From IMG/VR virus record IMGVR_UViG_3300025030_000006: DNA of 64,000 nucleotides; one strand, written 5' to 3'. This DNA comes from a virus. Below are positions 52,590 through 62,351 of the stretch, piece after piece (position 1 is the first letter of the stretch; each line of letters starts with the position of its first letter). Position numbers and translations under genes: made by a program. The notes beneath the pieces were generated by a model. That model was not told the origin of the DNA. It was given only the letters and a program-made list of their open reading frames with translations, and did not search any database.

Positions 52590-54017
52590 ATGTCCAAGAA
52601 TGATAAAGCTGAATTTCTATCAGAAATGATTGGTACAAACCAGTTTTTAAATAACGTAATTTATTATTCCATCTTTGATACTAACTTCCTGAAAAAGATT
52701 CGTAGAATTTTCCCCCTTGAGGTTTTTCGTTCAAAAGAGCGTAAAATAATCATGAGAGAAATTTTTCGATACTTCGATGATTATCAGCAAAGTCCAGAAT
52801 CACATTTCTACGATATGTTCAAAGAGATGGAAAAGAATTTATCTGATTCAGATTATGACAAATGTATGGGTTTGATTGGGATTCTAAAAGGTTTCAGCGG
52901 GAAAAACAGCCAGTATATTCTTGATAGAATACAAGAAAATTTAAAACACTATTACCTTGAAGAAGGCGCAGTAGAATTTGCATCATTAATAAAAAGAAGA
53001 AAATATGATGATGCAAAGGCAGTTATTTTAAAAGCAATGAAAAGAACAGAGGGGGAGGAGGAATCTGATTACTTTGATTATTTTACAGATAAAAGTTATA
53101 TAGAAACAAGACTAAAGGAAAACAAACACAAAATGAAAACACTAATAAAAGGATTAGATAACATTATTGGTGGATTCAACGCTCCTTGGCTTGTAACAAT
53201 ATTAGGAATTCCAAAAGGTGGAAAATCGTACATACTATTAGAATTGGCTGTTGCTGCTGTTTTTCAGGGTTTAAATGTTATTTTTGTTTCTCTTGAGATG
53301 GATAAAAATGTTATAGAAGGAAGACTTGACCAAATGATAGGTTTTATGTCTTCAAGGGAAACAGATGAACCACAAGAGGTAATGAAATATAAAAGGGAAC
53401 AATGGGTAAAAGATAAAGAAGTTATTCCATCTATATTTGATATTGGTGCTGTTGAAAAAAATAGAAGTCGTTTTAAAAGAATTGGTGGTGGTGGTTTAAA
53501 AGTCATTGCACATCATCGTGGTAGAATGAATTATACTGATATTGAGAATGTTTTAAATGAAGCAGAAGAACGAGATGGGTTTATTGCTGATGTTTTGGTT
53601 GTTGATTATTTGGGAATTATGCGTGAAACAGCACCACAACAATCCAAAAAAGAAAGAATAAGTGAAAATTGTCTAGGCTTAAAAGAATTGTGTGGAAAAA
53701 GAAATCTGATTGGTTTAACCGCCATGCAAGGAAACAGAAAGGCAATGACAGCAAAGGTGTTTCATGCTCATTTCATTGCAGATGATATAGATTGTATTCA
53801 CCATTCTGACATTGCAATAAGTATTTGCCAAACAAAAAGGGAAGAATCTGAAGGAAAGTGTAGGCTGTATGGTGCAATAAATAGGCATGGACCCCAAGGC
53901 TGGACAATTGGAACGATAAGGGATTTAACAATAGGTCAGCCTGTTTTAGGGGAGTACAATATTGAAGAAGAAAAAGATTCTGGTGAAGAAGAAAAAGAAG
54001 CTGAAAATTATTATTAA
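52590..54017 (+). CDS. dnaB: DnaB-family replicative helicase
   Basis: GGAGG RBS before ATG 52590; Walker A GIPKGGKS, Walker B VLVVDYLGIM, LTAMQGNR. Confidence 0.75.
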   Translation: MSKNDKAEFLSEMIGTNQFLNNVIYYSIFDTNFLKKIRRIFPLEVFRSKERKIIMREIFRYFDDYQQSPESHFYDMFKEMEKNLSDSDYDKCMGLIGILKGFSGKNSQYILDRIQENLKHYYLEEGAVEFASLIKRRKYDDAKAVILKAMKRTEGEEESDYFDYFTDKSYIETRLKENKHKMKTLIKGLDNIIGGFNAPWLVTILGIPKGGKSYILLELAVAAVFQGLNVIFVSLEMDKNVIEGRLDQMIGFMSSRETDEPQEVMKYKREQWVKDKEVIPSIFDIGAVEKNRSRFKRIGGGGLKVIAHHRGRMNYTDIENVLNEAEERDGFIADVLVVDYLGIMRETAPQQSKKERISENCLGLKELCGKRNLIGLTAMQGNRKAMTAKVFHAHFIADDIDCIHHSDIAISICQTKREESEGKCRLYGAINRHGPQGWTIGTIRDLTIGQPVLGEYNIEEEKDSGEEEKEAENYY

Positions 54018-54028
54018 GGATAAATTAA

Positions 54029-54364
54029 ATGCCCCTGTTTACATGCTCTCAGTGTGAAAACATAGATAATACTGCCACAAGTGATTATTTTATTCAGGTA
54101 TATGTTAAAAAACAAAAGCCACTGTGCTTTCGTTGTTTATATAATAAATGGCATAATCATTTTCAAGAAAGAAAGGTTACAACCGAAGAACTACTGAAAG
54201 GAAATATTATTTATTTTGAACATTCCAAACATGCAAAGGAAACTAAAAACAAAATGATTGATTTTATTACCAATGATAATTCAAGTTGTATTCCTAGAGA
54301 TAAATTTGAAAAAATGAATATCAATGAAATCTTGGTTATTTATCGTCAACTGAAAGGAAAATAA
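54029..54364 (+). CDS. hypothetical zinc-binding protein
   Basis: AAGGA RBS; CSQC...CFRC. Confidence 0.6.
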   Translation: MPLFTCSQCENIDNTATSDYFIQVYVKKQKPLCFRCLYNKWHNHFQERKVTTEELLKGNIIYFEHSKHAKETKNKMIDFITNDNSSCIPRDKFEKMNINEILVIYRQLKGK

Positions 54365-54365
54365 A

Positions 54366-54941
54366 ATGTTTCCAGAAAAACAATGCACTTGTTTTGATGA
54401 GACCACAAGAGAATGTCCAACTCATAGAAACCAATTACATTCTTGTGAAGATTATTATGATGAAAAAGGACCGACATGGTTTACTGATAACCTTATTCCA
54501 AATCTACAAATAGTAAAGTGTAAATGTGTCAAAACACCCGAAAGAGCATATAAATGGGATGCTGGTATTGATTTCTTTATACCTAATTTTGAGAAACCAA
54601 TTGCTTTGTTCCCTCAACAAAGAAGAATGATTCCTTCAGGGATTCATGCAAAAATTCCTCATGGTTATATGTTAAAAGCTGAAGATAAATCAGGAGTGGG
54701 AATTAAAAAAGGACTAAAATATATTGGTGGTGTTATTGATGAGGGTTATATGGGAGAAATAAATATCTGTTTATTTAATACTTCTGATGAAAAAGTAATG
54801 ATTCATGCTGGTGAAAAAATTATTCAATTTATTCTTATTCCTGTACTTTATTCTAAAGTTGAATTAATTAATTCCTTGGAAGAACTTTATCCTGAAAAAA
54901 CTGAACGGGGTAAAAATGGTTTTGGGAGTACAAACAATTGA
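54366..54941 (+). CDS. dut: dUTP diphosphatase (trimeric dUTPase) with Cys-rich N-terminal extension
   Basis: AGIDFF, GVIDEGYMGEI, C-terminal RGKNGFGST. Confidence 0.85.
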   Translation: MFPEKQCTCFDETTRECPTHRNQLHSCEDYYDEKGPTWFTDNLIPNLQIVKCKCVKTPERAYKWDAGIDFFIPNFEKPIALFPQQRRMIPSGIHAKIPHGYMLKAEDKSGVGIKKGLKYIGGVIDEGYMGEINICLFNTSDEKVMIHAGEKIIQFILIPVLYSKVELINSLEELYPEKTERGKNGFGSTNN

Positions 54942-55234
54942 ATGATAATAAAGAAATTGTTTATAAACGCTTTTCAAAACAATGCACACAAGTTGTAAAA
55001 ATAATGCTTTCAGCTAAAAATCCCAAAGTGCGTTGTTATGGTACACAACCAAGTAGACCAGATGGAAAAGGACATAAAGGTTGTGGAAAATGGGTAAGAA
55101 TAGATTTTGCCTACAAATGCCTTTATTGTGGTTTTTGGTTTTGTGCTGCATGCGCTGAAGTTCATTTTGGCAAAACAAGAGAAGAACACATAGAAGAGTT
55201 AAAAGCTAAAGGTGAATATCATGGTATGTTATAA
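54938..55234 (+). CDS. hypothetical zinc-binding protein
   Basis: CGKW...CLYCGFWFCAACAEVH. Confidence 0.55.
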   Translation: MNDNKEIVYKRFSKQCTQVVKIMLSAKNPKVRCYGTQPSRPDGKGHKGCGKWVRIDFAYKCLYCGFWFCAACAEVHFGKTREEHIEELKAKGEYHGML

Positions 55235-55265
55235 GAGATATGATTAAAGGAAGTGGAGATAACCG

Positions 55266-55496
55266 ATGACAAATAATAATTTTAACAACCAATATATGCA
55301 AAAGCCATTTGTTGATGTAAATTTTCAAAGGACAAAGATGATGCTGGATAAACTGATTGAACAAGATAAAAGAGGATATATAAATAATGAATGGGCTTCC
55401 AATTTTATTTGGGATATGAAAAAGAAAACAAATAATGGTCAAGAATTGACGGCAAAACAATTGGAGAAATTAGAAGAAATCTTTGAACAATATTAA
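55266..55496 (+). CDS. hypothetical protein
   Basis: GGAGA RBS. Confidence 0.6.
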   Translation: MTNNNFNNQYMQKPFVDVNFQRTKMMLDKLIEQDKRGYINNEWASNFIWDMKKKTNNGQELTAKQLEKLEEIFEQY

Positions 55497-55511
55497 CAAT
55501 TGGAATTATTC

Positions 55512-56912
55512 ATGAAGAATAAAACAATAACAATTCAGCAAATAAACGCACATTGGGCCAAGGTTATTGGTTCGGAAGAACAGATATTGGCTGTATGGGA
55601 AATATTATCTTATGAAAAAATGGTTCGTCTAAAATGGAAATCCCACCCTGAAAAAATGACTTTTTCTTTTTTAAATCGTAAAGGGAATAAGTTCCCTTAT
55701 GGTTTGGTTTCCTATGTAACAGATAAATTAAATGAAAAAGGATATGAAGTAGAAATTCAGGAAATAGATTTCAAATTAAAGACCAATTTATTTCCAAAAG
55801 TTAATGACATAAAATGGGAAGATTATCAAAGAAAAGTGCTTAAAAAAATAGGCAATAAAAATAAAAGAGGAATTATTGTCGCACCAACAGCCGCAGGAAA
55901 AACGGTTATTTCTGCTGGTATTATTTCACGATTGAATATACCTATAACTTTGTTTGTAACTATAAATAAAACCATATTTCATCAAACGGTTAAAGACTTT
56001 GAAAAATGGTTTCCAGATATTGAAATAGGAAGAATAGGAGATGGAATTTGTGATGTTTCTCATATAACCGTGGCTTTATATCAATCCCTCTCAAGATTTG
56101 ATTTGAAGAAATACTCACAAATTCTTGAATTATTAATTTCAGATGAAGTACATTCAGCAGGAAAATCAATTGGCAAGATTTTGGGACAACTAAATAAAAC
56201 ATATTATCGTTACGGTTTGTCAGCAACTCCGCATAAAATAAAAAATGATAAGCAAAAATATTTTGAGATGGTTGGAAATATCGGACCCATTATCGAAGAA
56301 CTTGAAGACGATGTTGTTAAATCAAGAGTTGTTGATTGTGATGCTTATATGATTACTTATGTCTGTGATAAACCAGAAGGACACAATTATCATTCGGTAT
56401 TTCGGCAAGATATTTGTTGTTCAGAAAAAAGAAACAACAAGTTACTAAAAGCAGCAAAAATGTTGGCATTGGATAAAGGCAAATCTGTTTTATTTCTTGT
56501 TGATGAAATCAGCCAAGCAGAACTTGTAAAACATTTGGCTGAAGTAATGGGAATAAAATGTAGGGTTGCTCATGGTAAAAATAAAACTGGATTAAATGAA
56601 AAAATAAAAAGTGCTCTGAATGATAAGAAAATAAAGTTGGTTGTGGCAACAGCCGTATTTAAGACTGGTATGAATTTACCTTCCTTGGATTGTTTGGTTT
56701 TGGGTTCTGCTAGGAAGTCTGAAATATCCTATATGCAAGCCATAGGAAGGGCAAGACGTTCATTTGAAGGAAAGGATAAGGCTATTATCATTGATTCTTT
56801 TGACATAATAAAAGGAAATAAAAAATTTCACAATTATTTTTCTGAGTACAGTGAAGGTAGATTGGAATTGTATAAATCGAAAGGCTGGTTTAAGAAAAAA
56901 TTACTTATTTGA
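55512..56912 (+). CDS. SF2 DEAD/DEAH-box DNA helicase
   Basis: Motif I APTAAGKT, II SDEVH, III SATP, VI QAIGRARR; start 55512 (ATG) preferred over TTG 55500. Confidence 0.8.
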   Translation: MKNKTITIQQINAHWAKVIGSEEQILAVWEILSYEKMVRLKWKSHPEKMTFSFLNRKGNKFPYGLVSYVTDKLNEKGYEVEIQEIDFKLKTNLFPKVNDIKWEDYQRKVLKKIGNKNKRGIIVAPTAAGKTVISAGIISRLNIPITLFVTINKTIFHQTVKDFEKWFPDIEIGRIGDGICDVSHITVALYQSLSRFDLKKYSQILELLISDEVHSAGKSIGKILGQLNKTYYRYGLSATPHKIKNDKQKYFEMVGNIGPIIEELEDDVVKSRVVDCDAYMITYVCDKPEGHNYHSVFRQDICCSEKRNNKLLKAAKMLALDKGKSVLFLVDEISQAELVKHLAEVMGIKCRVAHGKNKTGLNEKIKSALNDKKIKLVVATAVFKTGMNLPSLDCLVLGSARKSEISYMQAIGRARRSFEGKDKAIIIDSFDIIKGNKKFHNYFSEYSEGRLELYKSKGWFKKKLLI

Positions 56913-56924
56913 TAAGGAATAATA

Positions 56925-57212
56925 ATGCCAAATTATCATCATATCCCGCCTGATTTACAAGCCGCAATTTTCATATCATCGAATATAGGGGGTCTTCTGC
57001 AATTAAAATATGGTGAAAAGGATATAAGGAAACTGAGGAAAATAGAAGAATTAATAAAAAGACACCAAGAATTGCTGATGCTTTATCCTAGTTGGAAATC
57101 GTATGATTATGTTGCTATTGGCACAGCAATACATTTAAAAATAGAAGATGAGTTACAAAAATTGATAAACCAACAATTGGAAAAACAAAATGAAGAAAAA
57201 GTATCAGAATGA
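56925..57212 (+). CDS. hypothetical protein
   Basis: AAGGAA RBS. Confidence 0.6.
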   Translation: MPNYHHIPPDLQAAIFISSNIGGLLQLKYGEKDIRKLRKIEELIKRHQELLMLYPSWKSYDYVAIGTAIHLKIEDELQKLINQQLEKQNEEKVSE

Positions 57213-58197
57213 TATGGATTTCCAAGATATTAGAATACAAAATGGATTAGAACAACTAGATATTTATGAATTACTAGATGAAGGTGGTTTTGAGTATTCA
57301 GATGAGGGTAGAAACATTTCTTCCGGTTTTATTGGTATTTCCCCTTGCCCTGAGTGTGGTGATACTCGATTCCATGCAGCACTAAAAAAAGATGAATTTT
57401 TCATTACGTGTTTTATTTGTAAATGTCATTTATCCCCAATCAAAACGGTAGCATATTTAAAACACACAAATGTTTATAATGCTGCAAAGTATCTAATTGA
57501 ATTGGGGGAAGGTGATGAAGAAGACATAGAACAAAGAGTAAGAAATGTTTTAAAAACAAATCACAGAGAAAAAGATTACTCCTATCGTGGCACTGACCCT
57601 CTCCCCGAAAATAAAATTATTACAAAGGCAATTATTAAGCGAGACAAACAACTTTCACTCTTTTTAAAAGAAAGGAGAATTAAATCTTGGGAAATAAATA
57701 AATATGATTTGAGAATAGGAATAAACAAAAACAAATTAATTTTTCCAATATACGTTGACAATAAATTGGTCAGTTATCAATCAAGACGAATTGACAGAAA
57801 GCAATATCACGTGCCTCAATTTCTCAGTCATTATTTGCTATGGGAAGATGAAATTTCCAATAAGAAACCACTGATAATAGTAGAAGGTTATTTAGATGCA
57901 ATAAGAATAAAAACATTTGTTGATTTGTTTTATAAAAATCAATTTTGTATAACTACTGGATTTGTTAAATCAATATCAGCGGAACAAATAAAAATATTAA
58001 TTGAAAAAAACCCAAAATATCTTATTACAGTTTTTGATTCAAAAGCATGGTGGGATTATAAAAGACTAAAAGATAATTTGCCATTTGATGTTACCTTTGT
58101 TACTATACCAGATAATGGTTGTAAAGAAAAAGACCCATCATCACTTTCTTATAGGGAATTAAAATTACTATTTCAGGAGCAGATTTGTTATGAATAA
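57190..58197 (+). CDS. dnaG: DnaG-type primase (zinc finger plus Toprim)
   Basis: CPECGDTRFH...CFICKC; Toprim IIVEGYLDAI and VFDSK; start uncertain (57190 or 57214). Confidence 0.7.
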   Translation: MKKKYQNDMDFQDIRIQNGLEQLDIYELLDEGGFEYSDEGRNISSGFIGISPCPECGDTRFHAALKKDEFFITCFICKCHLSPIKTVAYLKHTNVYNAAKYLIELGEGDEEDIEQRVRNVLKTNHREKDYSYRGTDPLPENKIITKAIIKRDKQLSLFLKERRIKSWEINKYDLRIGINKNKLIFPIYVDNKLVSYQSRRIDRKQYHVPQFLSHYLLWEDEISNKKPLIIVEGYLDAIRIKTFVDLFYKNQFCITTGFVKSISAEQIKILIEKNPKYLITVFDSKAWWDYKRLKDNLPFDVTFVTIPDNGCKEKDPSSLSYRELKLLFQEQICYE

Positions 58198-58375
58198 ATT
58201 AAATTTAAGTGTAATGGATAAATTTCTATTAAAAACATTCTGCAAAGAAACACATGATGTTTACTACTGCCCAAAGCATTTAACACTGTTTACCATTAAA
58301 AAATCAGACGTAAGAAAGCACCGTTGTGACGAAGATTATTGTAGACATGCACCAACCCTTTATCAGGAGGATTAA
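58190..58375 (+). CDS. hypothetical protein
   Basis: AGGAG RBS. Confidence 0.55.
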   Translation: MNKLNLSVMDKFLLKTFCKETHDVYYCPKHLTLFTIKKSDVRKHRCDEDYCRHAPTLYQED

Positions 58376-58825
58376 ATGGGAATCACAAATAAACCAAGTT
58401 GGTTGGTTATTGCTGAAGGAGAAATTGGAGTAAAAGAAATTGATGGTTCTGGAAATAATCCAAGGGTAATTGAATACCATAGTGTTACCTCTTTAAAAGC
58501 AACAGACGATGAAACCGCTTGGTGTGCTAGTTTTGTTAGTTGGTGTTTGGAACAGGCTGGAATTAAAAGTACAAGGTCAGCAGCAGCAAGGTCTTATTTA
58601 AATTGGAGAATAAAACTGGATAAACCTATAATTGGTTGTATTGTGGTATTTAAAAGGGGAACAAGCAAAACATCTGGTCATGTTGCTTTTTATATGGGTG
58701 AAACAGAACATAGTATTTTAGTTTTGGGGGGAAATCAGGGGAACAAGGTAGGAATTGCAAAATACTCTAAAGTGGATTTACTTGATTATCGTTGGCCTGA
58801 TAATGAGCCTCTTTGTTATTCATAA
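58376..58825 (+). CDS. TIGR02594-family (CHAP/NlpC-P60-like) peptidoglycan hydrolase, likely endolysin
   Basis: AGGAGG RBS; GVKEIDGSGNNPRVIEY, DETAWCASFVSWCLEQAGI, SGHVAFYMGE, VLGGNQGN. Confidence 0.7.
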   Translation: MGITNKPSWLVIAEGEIGVKEIDGSGNNPRVIEYHSVTSLKATDDETAWCASFVSWCLEQAGIKSTRSAAARSYLNWRIKLDKPIIGCIVVFKRGTSKTSGHVAFYMGETEHSILVLGGNQGNKVGIAKYSKVDLLDYRWPDNEPLCYS

Positions 58826-58827
58826 TT

Positions 58828-58986
58828 ATGAATAATGTTATTTGTACTTCCAGAACAAAAGAATGTACCGATGAATATAATACTTTTAAATGTCCTCATT
58901 CTTATCACCATAATCTTGAATCATGTGGAAAAGTTATATGTAGAAAATTAAACAAATATACAGAATGTAAATGTGAAAAAGAATAA
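58828..58986 (+). CDS. Cys-rich mini-protein (52 aa, 7 Cys)
   Basis: Last ORF before the convergent terminator; no clear RBS. Confidence 0.35.
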   Translation: MNNVICTSRTKECTDEYNTFKCPHSYHHNLESCGKVICRKLNKYTECKCEKE

Positions 58987-58987
58987 A

Positions 58988-59023
58988 GAAAAGCCTTTGG
59001 GAAATTAATCTCAAAGGCTTTTC
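58988..59023. terminator. bidirectional intrinsic terminator
   Basis: 12-bp stem GAAAAGCCTTTG/CAAAGGCTTTTC; A-run upstream and T-rich downstream; between convergent blocks. Confidence 0.7.
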
Positions 59024-59051
59024 TATGTTTATCCGTGTTTATCCTGCTTTA

Positions 59052-59273
59052 TCACCGAAGTCGCCAAATACAGCCTATTTCCTCTAAAATGTTTTCCTCA
59101 AACATTCTATCAAAAACTTCTGTATAACTAAATTTTGCTTCGTTTCCATCATGTTTCTCATATCCAATATAGTAATCAAAGTAGAAATTACAAAACCGCA
59201 TTCCTTTTTCATCTTTGCTTTTCATCAAAGCCAATGATTTCTTAATCCTCTCTTCCAATACACTTTCAGACAT
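59052..59273 (-). CDS. hypothetical protein
   Basis: AAGGA RBS before ATG 59273, 2 nt after the upstream stop (track start 59348 overlaps the upstream gene). Confidence 0.5.
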   Translation of the reverse strand: MSESVLEERIKKSLALMKSKDEKGMRFCNFYFDYYIGYEKHDGNEAKFSYTEVFDRMFEENILEEIGCIWRLR

Positions 59274-59274
59274 A

Positions 59275-59463
59275 TCAGTTTTCCTTTTTATTTTCTTCCA
59301 CGTTGGTTTGTTTCTTTCCAAAAAGACCATACAATTTTCCAAGTACATTATGAATCACTTGAAAAACACTATTAGCTTTAATTGCTGGAATTTGCGCTAG
59401 GGTTTCAGAAGCCAGAAAAAGAGCAGTTACAATTACAACAGAATAAGTTACAAAATCATCCAT
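59275..59463 (-). CDS. holin-like small membrane protein
   Basis: AAAGGAGG RBS; one TM (VTYSVVIVTALFLA) then an amphipathic, charged tail; near the lysin. Confidence 0.35.
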   Translation of the reverse strand: MDDFVTYSVVIVTALFLASETLAQIPAIKANSVFQVIHNVLGKLYGLFGKKQTNVEENKKEN

Positions 59464-59476
59464 TTCATTTCCTCCT

Positions 59477-59647
59477 TTACTTTTTGATTATTTTACTTTC
59501 AAAGGGTCTATCTACTGTAGTGCATTCAGGCTTTACACACCGTTTTTCTTTAACACATTTGTCTAAATTTCCTTTATTTGAACAAAGGCCTGAAGGGGAA
59601 TTAATACATTTTGACGTTGTATCTTTAAAACAATCTTTATCACACAT
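59477..59647 (-). CDS. Cys-rich mini-protein (56 aa, 7 Cys)
   Basis: AAGGATG RBS; MCDKDCFKDTTSKCINSPSGLCSNKGNLDKCVKEKRCVKPEC. Confidence 0.4.
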   Translation of the reverse strand: MCDKDCFKDTTSKCINSPSGLCSNKGNLDKCVKEKRCVKPECTTVDRPFESKIIKK

Positions 59648-59662
59648 AATCAGCATCCTTAT

Positions 59663-60037
59663 CTATTCTGACATGTCACCGTTGATAAGAGAGGCAAGGA
59701 TTGTTTCATCTAATCCCTGTTTGGTTCCAATTAAATGAAGTATTTTTTTTATTTCCACATTTTGTTTTATAATCTTTTTTGTAAATGGCTCCAACCAAGA
59801 AAGTGACTCGTGTCTATGAGCGCCACAAGCATCCATTTTGGCTTTACAAAGGGTTTCCCTTTCTAATTTGTTTTCTTTTATATATTCATCGAATTCTTGT
59901 TTAGAAATATATTCCGTTTTTGTTTTTTTAATAAGAAAATCAAACAATGAATCAAAGAGTTTTTTTCCAGCATAAAGAACAAGTAGTGCCAAGGCAAACA
60001 AAATAGGATTAGATACCCACTCTTTGATTACTTCCAT
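59663..60037 (-). CDS. N-terminally anchored membrane protein (i-spanin-like or holin-associated candidate)
   Basis: GGGGGA RBS; TM NPILFALALLVLYAG followed by a helical charged domain. Confidence 0.4.
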   Translation of the reverse strand: MEVIKEWVSNPILFALALLVLYAGKKLFDSLFDFLIKKTKTEYISKQEFDEYIKENKLERETLCKAKMDACGAHRHESLSWLEPFTKKIIKQNVEIKKILHLIGTKQGLDETILASLINGDMSE

Positions 60038-60049
60038 TGTAGTATCCCC

Positions 60050-60508
60050 CTATTTAATCAATTTAAGCATTTGACGCTGTTTATTCAAATGCAATAGAAT
60101 AAGTGCTTTATCACATGGAGAAACAATTTCAGGGGTATCAAGAACGGTTACATATTGAGAAATCAAGAATAACTCCAGACCATAAGAATTATTTACAATC
60201 CCTGCTTGTTTTGTTGCTTCATCAATTAAACCATTAAATGTAATATCTTTACTAAGAATTGATTCAATGATATCAAGAGAAATTAGTGCTTCATCTACGG
60301 TATAACCAGCAATGTTTTTTACTGCTTCCAAATTAGCAAGCTGAAGAAGTAATGAGGCACTAGCAGGGTCAGGAATCCTTTGAAGAATAATTGAATCATA
60401 ATTACCACTGGCATCTTTCACACAAACATCAGGAGGAACATATAAATTATTTTTAGCACAACCAAAAACAAACAACAACAAAATGGTTAAAACAATTAGC
60501 CTTTTCAA
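60050..60508 (-). CDS. lipoprotein (TTG start)
   Basis: GGAGG 5 nt before TTG; lipobox LLLFVFGC. Confidence 0.6.
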   Translation of the reverse strand: MKRLIVLTILLLFVFGCAKNNLYVPPDVCVKDASGNYDSIILQRIPDPASASLLLQLANLEAVKNIAGYTVDEALISLDIIESILSKDITFNGLIDEATKQAGIVNNSYGLELFLISQYVTVLDTPEIVSPCDKALILLHLNKQRQMLKLIK

Positions 60509-61326
60509 TTTAACCTCCTTTGATTTGTTGTTAATAAATTATAAATTGAACCTTCCCTATAATTTTTTACATTCACAATGTTTATACTTCTTGGTAAATA
60601 ATTCTGAATCTGTTTTTGATTCTCCAACCCAATAATACCCCTTTCTCCCAATAAAGATAAACTTAAATATAAAACACCATTATCCACACATATTACTTTT
60701 TTACATTTCTTTATTTCATTAAATAACAAAAGTAAATTTGGCTCTTGAAACCTTAACGAGTTACTTTCATTTGTTAAATTAAAAGCATCCGGTACTTTTC
60801 CATCAATATAATAATCTTTTATAAAATTCACCCCCTGATACAATTCAAATGGTTCATATCCTGCTGATTGAATTTCCCCCCAAATCCTTTCTGCTGTTTT
60901 TGTTGGACAAAATTTGCTTTCTTTGTTGCTTCCAGTTATACCAAAAAAACAAACACCAATTCTTTTACTATTTGAATTATCATAATCATTTTTAAATCTA
61001 TATGGTTCCCAAATGAAATCATCTAATCCAAATTCATTCTTAGCACATAAATAAGGCTTAGATAATATTCCATTTGGTTCTCCATACCTCACACTATAAA
61101 AAAATGAATATTTTGATTTTATATCGCTTCCTATTTTATCAACCAAAACAACATCAGGATAAATCAAATGAAACTGTCTTTTACTGTGTACCCCTAATTC
61201 AATTCTTTTATTTGTTTGTTTTTGTATTTCATGATAGATAGGAAGAAATAAAATTGTGTCCCCAAGTCCATGACAAAATGAGAGTAATGTCCTTTGTTCA
61301 TATTTAATTCTGTCAATTAAACTCAT
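60505..61326 (-). CDS. glycosyltransferase family 9-like
   Basis: HGLGDTILFLPIYHEI (GT9 N-terminal LGD motif), VICVDNGVLYLSL (DSG.mHla-like). Confidence 0.45.
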   Translation of the reverse strand: MSLIDRIKYEQRTLLSFCHGLGDTILFLPIYHEIQKQTNKRIELGVHSKRQFHLIYPDVVLVDKIGSDIKSKYSFFYSVRYGEPNGILSKPYLCAKNEFGLDDFIWEPYRFKNDYDNSNSKRIGVCFFGITGSNKESKFCPTKTAERIWGEIQSAGYEPFELYQGVNFIKDYYIDGKVPDAFNLTNESNSLRFQEPNLLLLFNEIKKCKKVICVDNGVLYLSLSLLGERGIIGLENQKQIQNYLPRSINIVNVKNYREGSIYNLLTTNQRRLN

Positions 61327-61389
61327 GGTGTTTGTTCCTATAAAATAATAACATGATTGACTTTATAGTTCCACAAAAAATAAATTGAT

Positions 61390-62268
61390 TTAATATTTCA
61401 AAACACAATTAATGATTTCATCGACGCTAATCAATTCCATACAATGTGCTATTCCATTATTATAATTTTCACAATCCTGAATTGTTGCTTTCCAACATGC
61501 AGTTTCTTTGCAGCAGTTCAAATAACCAACAGAATGTAAATATTGTTGATTTTGGTAACAGTTCCAATTAATTCCCTCTCTACCACCTGCAACAACGATG
61601 GAGGGTTTATTTAAAGCCGCTGCCAAATGCATTTGCAAAGAAGGATATCCTATTAACCCCTTACTTAAAGATGCTATTGCAAAATATTTTCTTAAATTCT
61701 TTGTTTTTCCAACCAATGATTTAATATTTTTGAATCGTGGATTAATGGCGTGATTATCTCCGGTTTGAATAATTTCAATTCCATATTCATACATCACATT
61801 AATAAATTCCTGCCATTTTGCAGCAGAATAATTCTTTAAGACAATATCTTGTTTGTAACCGGGAGAAAGTAACCAAAAGCCATTTTTAATTTTGTTTTCT
61901 TCTAAAGTATCTAAAGCATTTTCTATTTCTTCAGAAGATAAAAATATTTCTGGTTTGCAATCCGTTAATTGAATATTTAAATTTAAAGTATCATTTAGAA
62001 AAGTAATATATCCCTGTGCAAAAGGTTTTCCCGATGATTTTTTATATTGAAATTCTTTGGCATAATTTACGTTTATAATCAAAATATTCTTTGCTTCTTC
62101 CTTATCAAATTTTGCAATGTAGGGATTATTTTCATAAACTTCTGGATAATAAGAAAATATACCAGTCTGATACTTTTCGGGATATTGTTTATGTAATTCC
62201 CTTAATGCTACTGTGAAAACCAGATTATCACCAATCGCTAAAGCATTTGAAAATATAATTTTTTCCAT
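61390..62268 (-). CDS. glycosyltransferase family 9 (heptosyltransferase-like)
   Basis: GGGAGAGGA RBS; ALAIGDNLVFTVALRELHKQYPE; GKTKNLRKYFAIASLSKGLIGYPSLQMHLAAALNKPSIVV. Confidence 0.6.
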   Translation of the reverse strand: MEKIIFSNALAIGDNLVFTVALRELHKQYPEKYQTGIFSYYPEVYENNPYIAKFDKEEAKNILIINVNYAKEFQYKKSSGKPFAQGYITFLNDTLNLNIQLTDCKPEIFLSSEEIENALDTLEENKIKNGFWLLSPGYKQDIVLKNYSAAKWQEFINVMYEYGIEIIQTGDNHAINPRFKNIKSLVGKTKNLRKYFAIASLSKGLIGYPSLQMHLAAALNKPSIVVAGGREGINWNCYQNQQYLHSVGYLNCCKETACWKATIQDCENYNNGIAHCMELISVDEIINCVLKY

Positions 62269-62351
62269 TTAGTCCTCTCCCTAAATAAAAATAAAAGGCA
62301 ATACCTTTAGAAGCATATTACCTTTTATCATTTAAATTTTCAATTTAAAAC

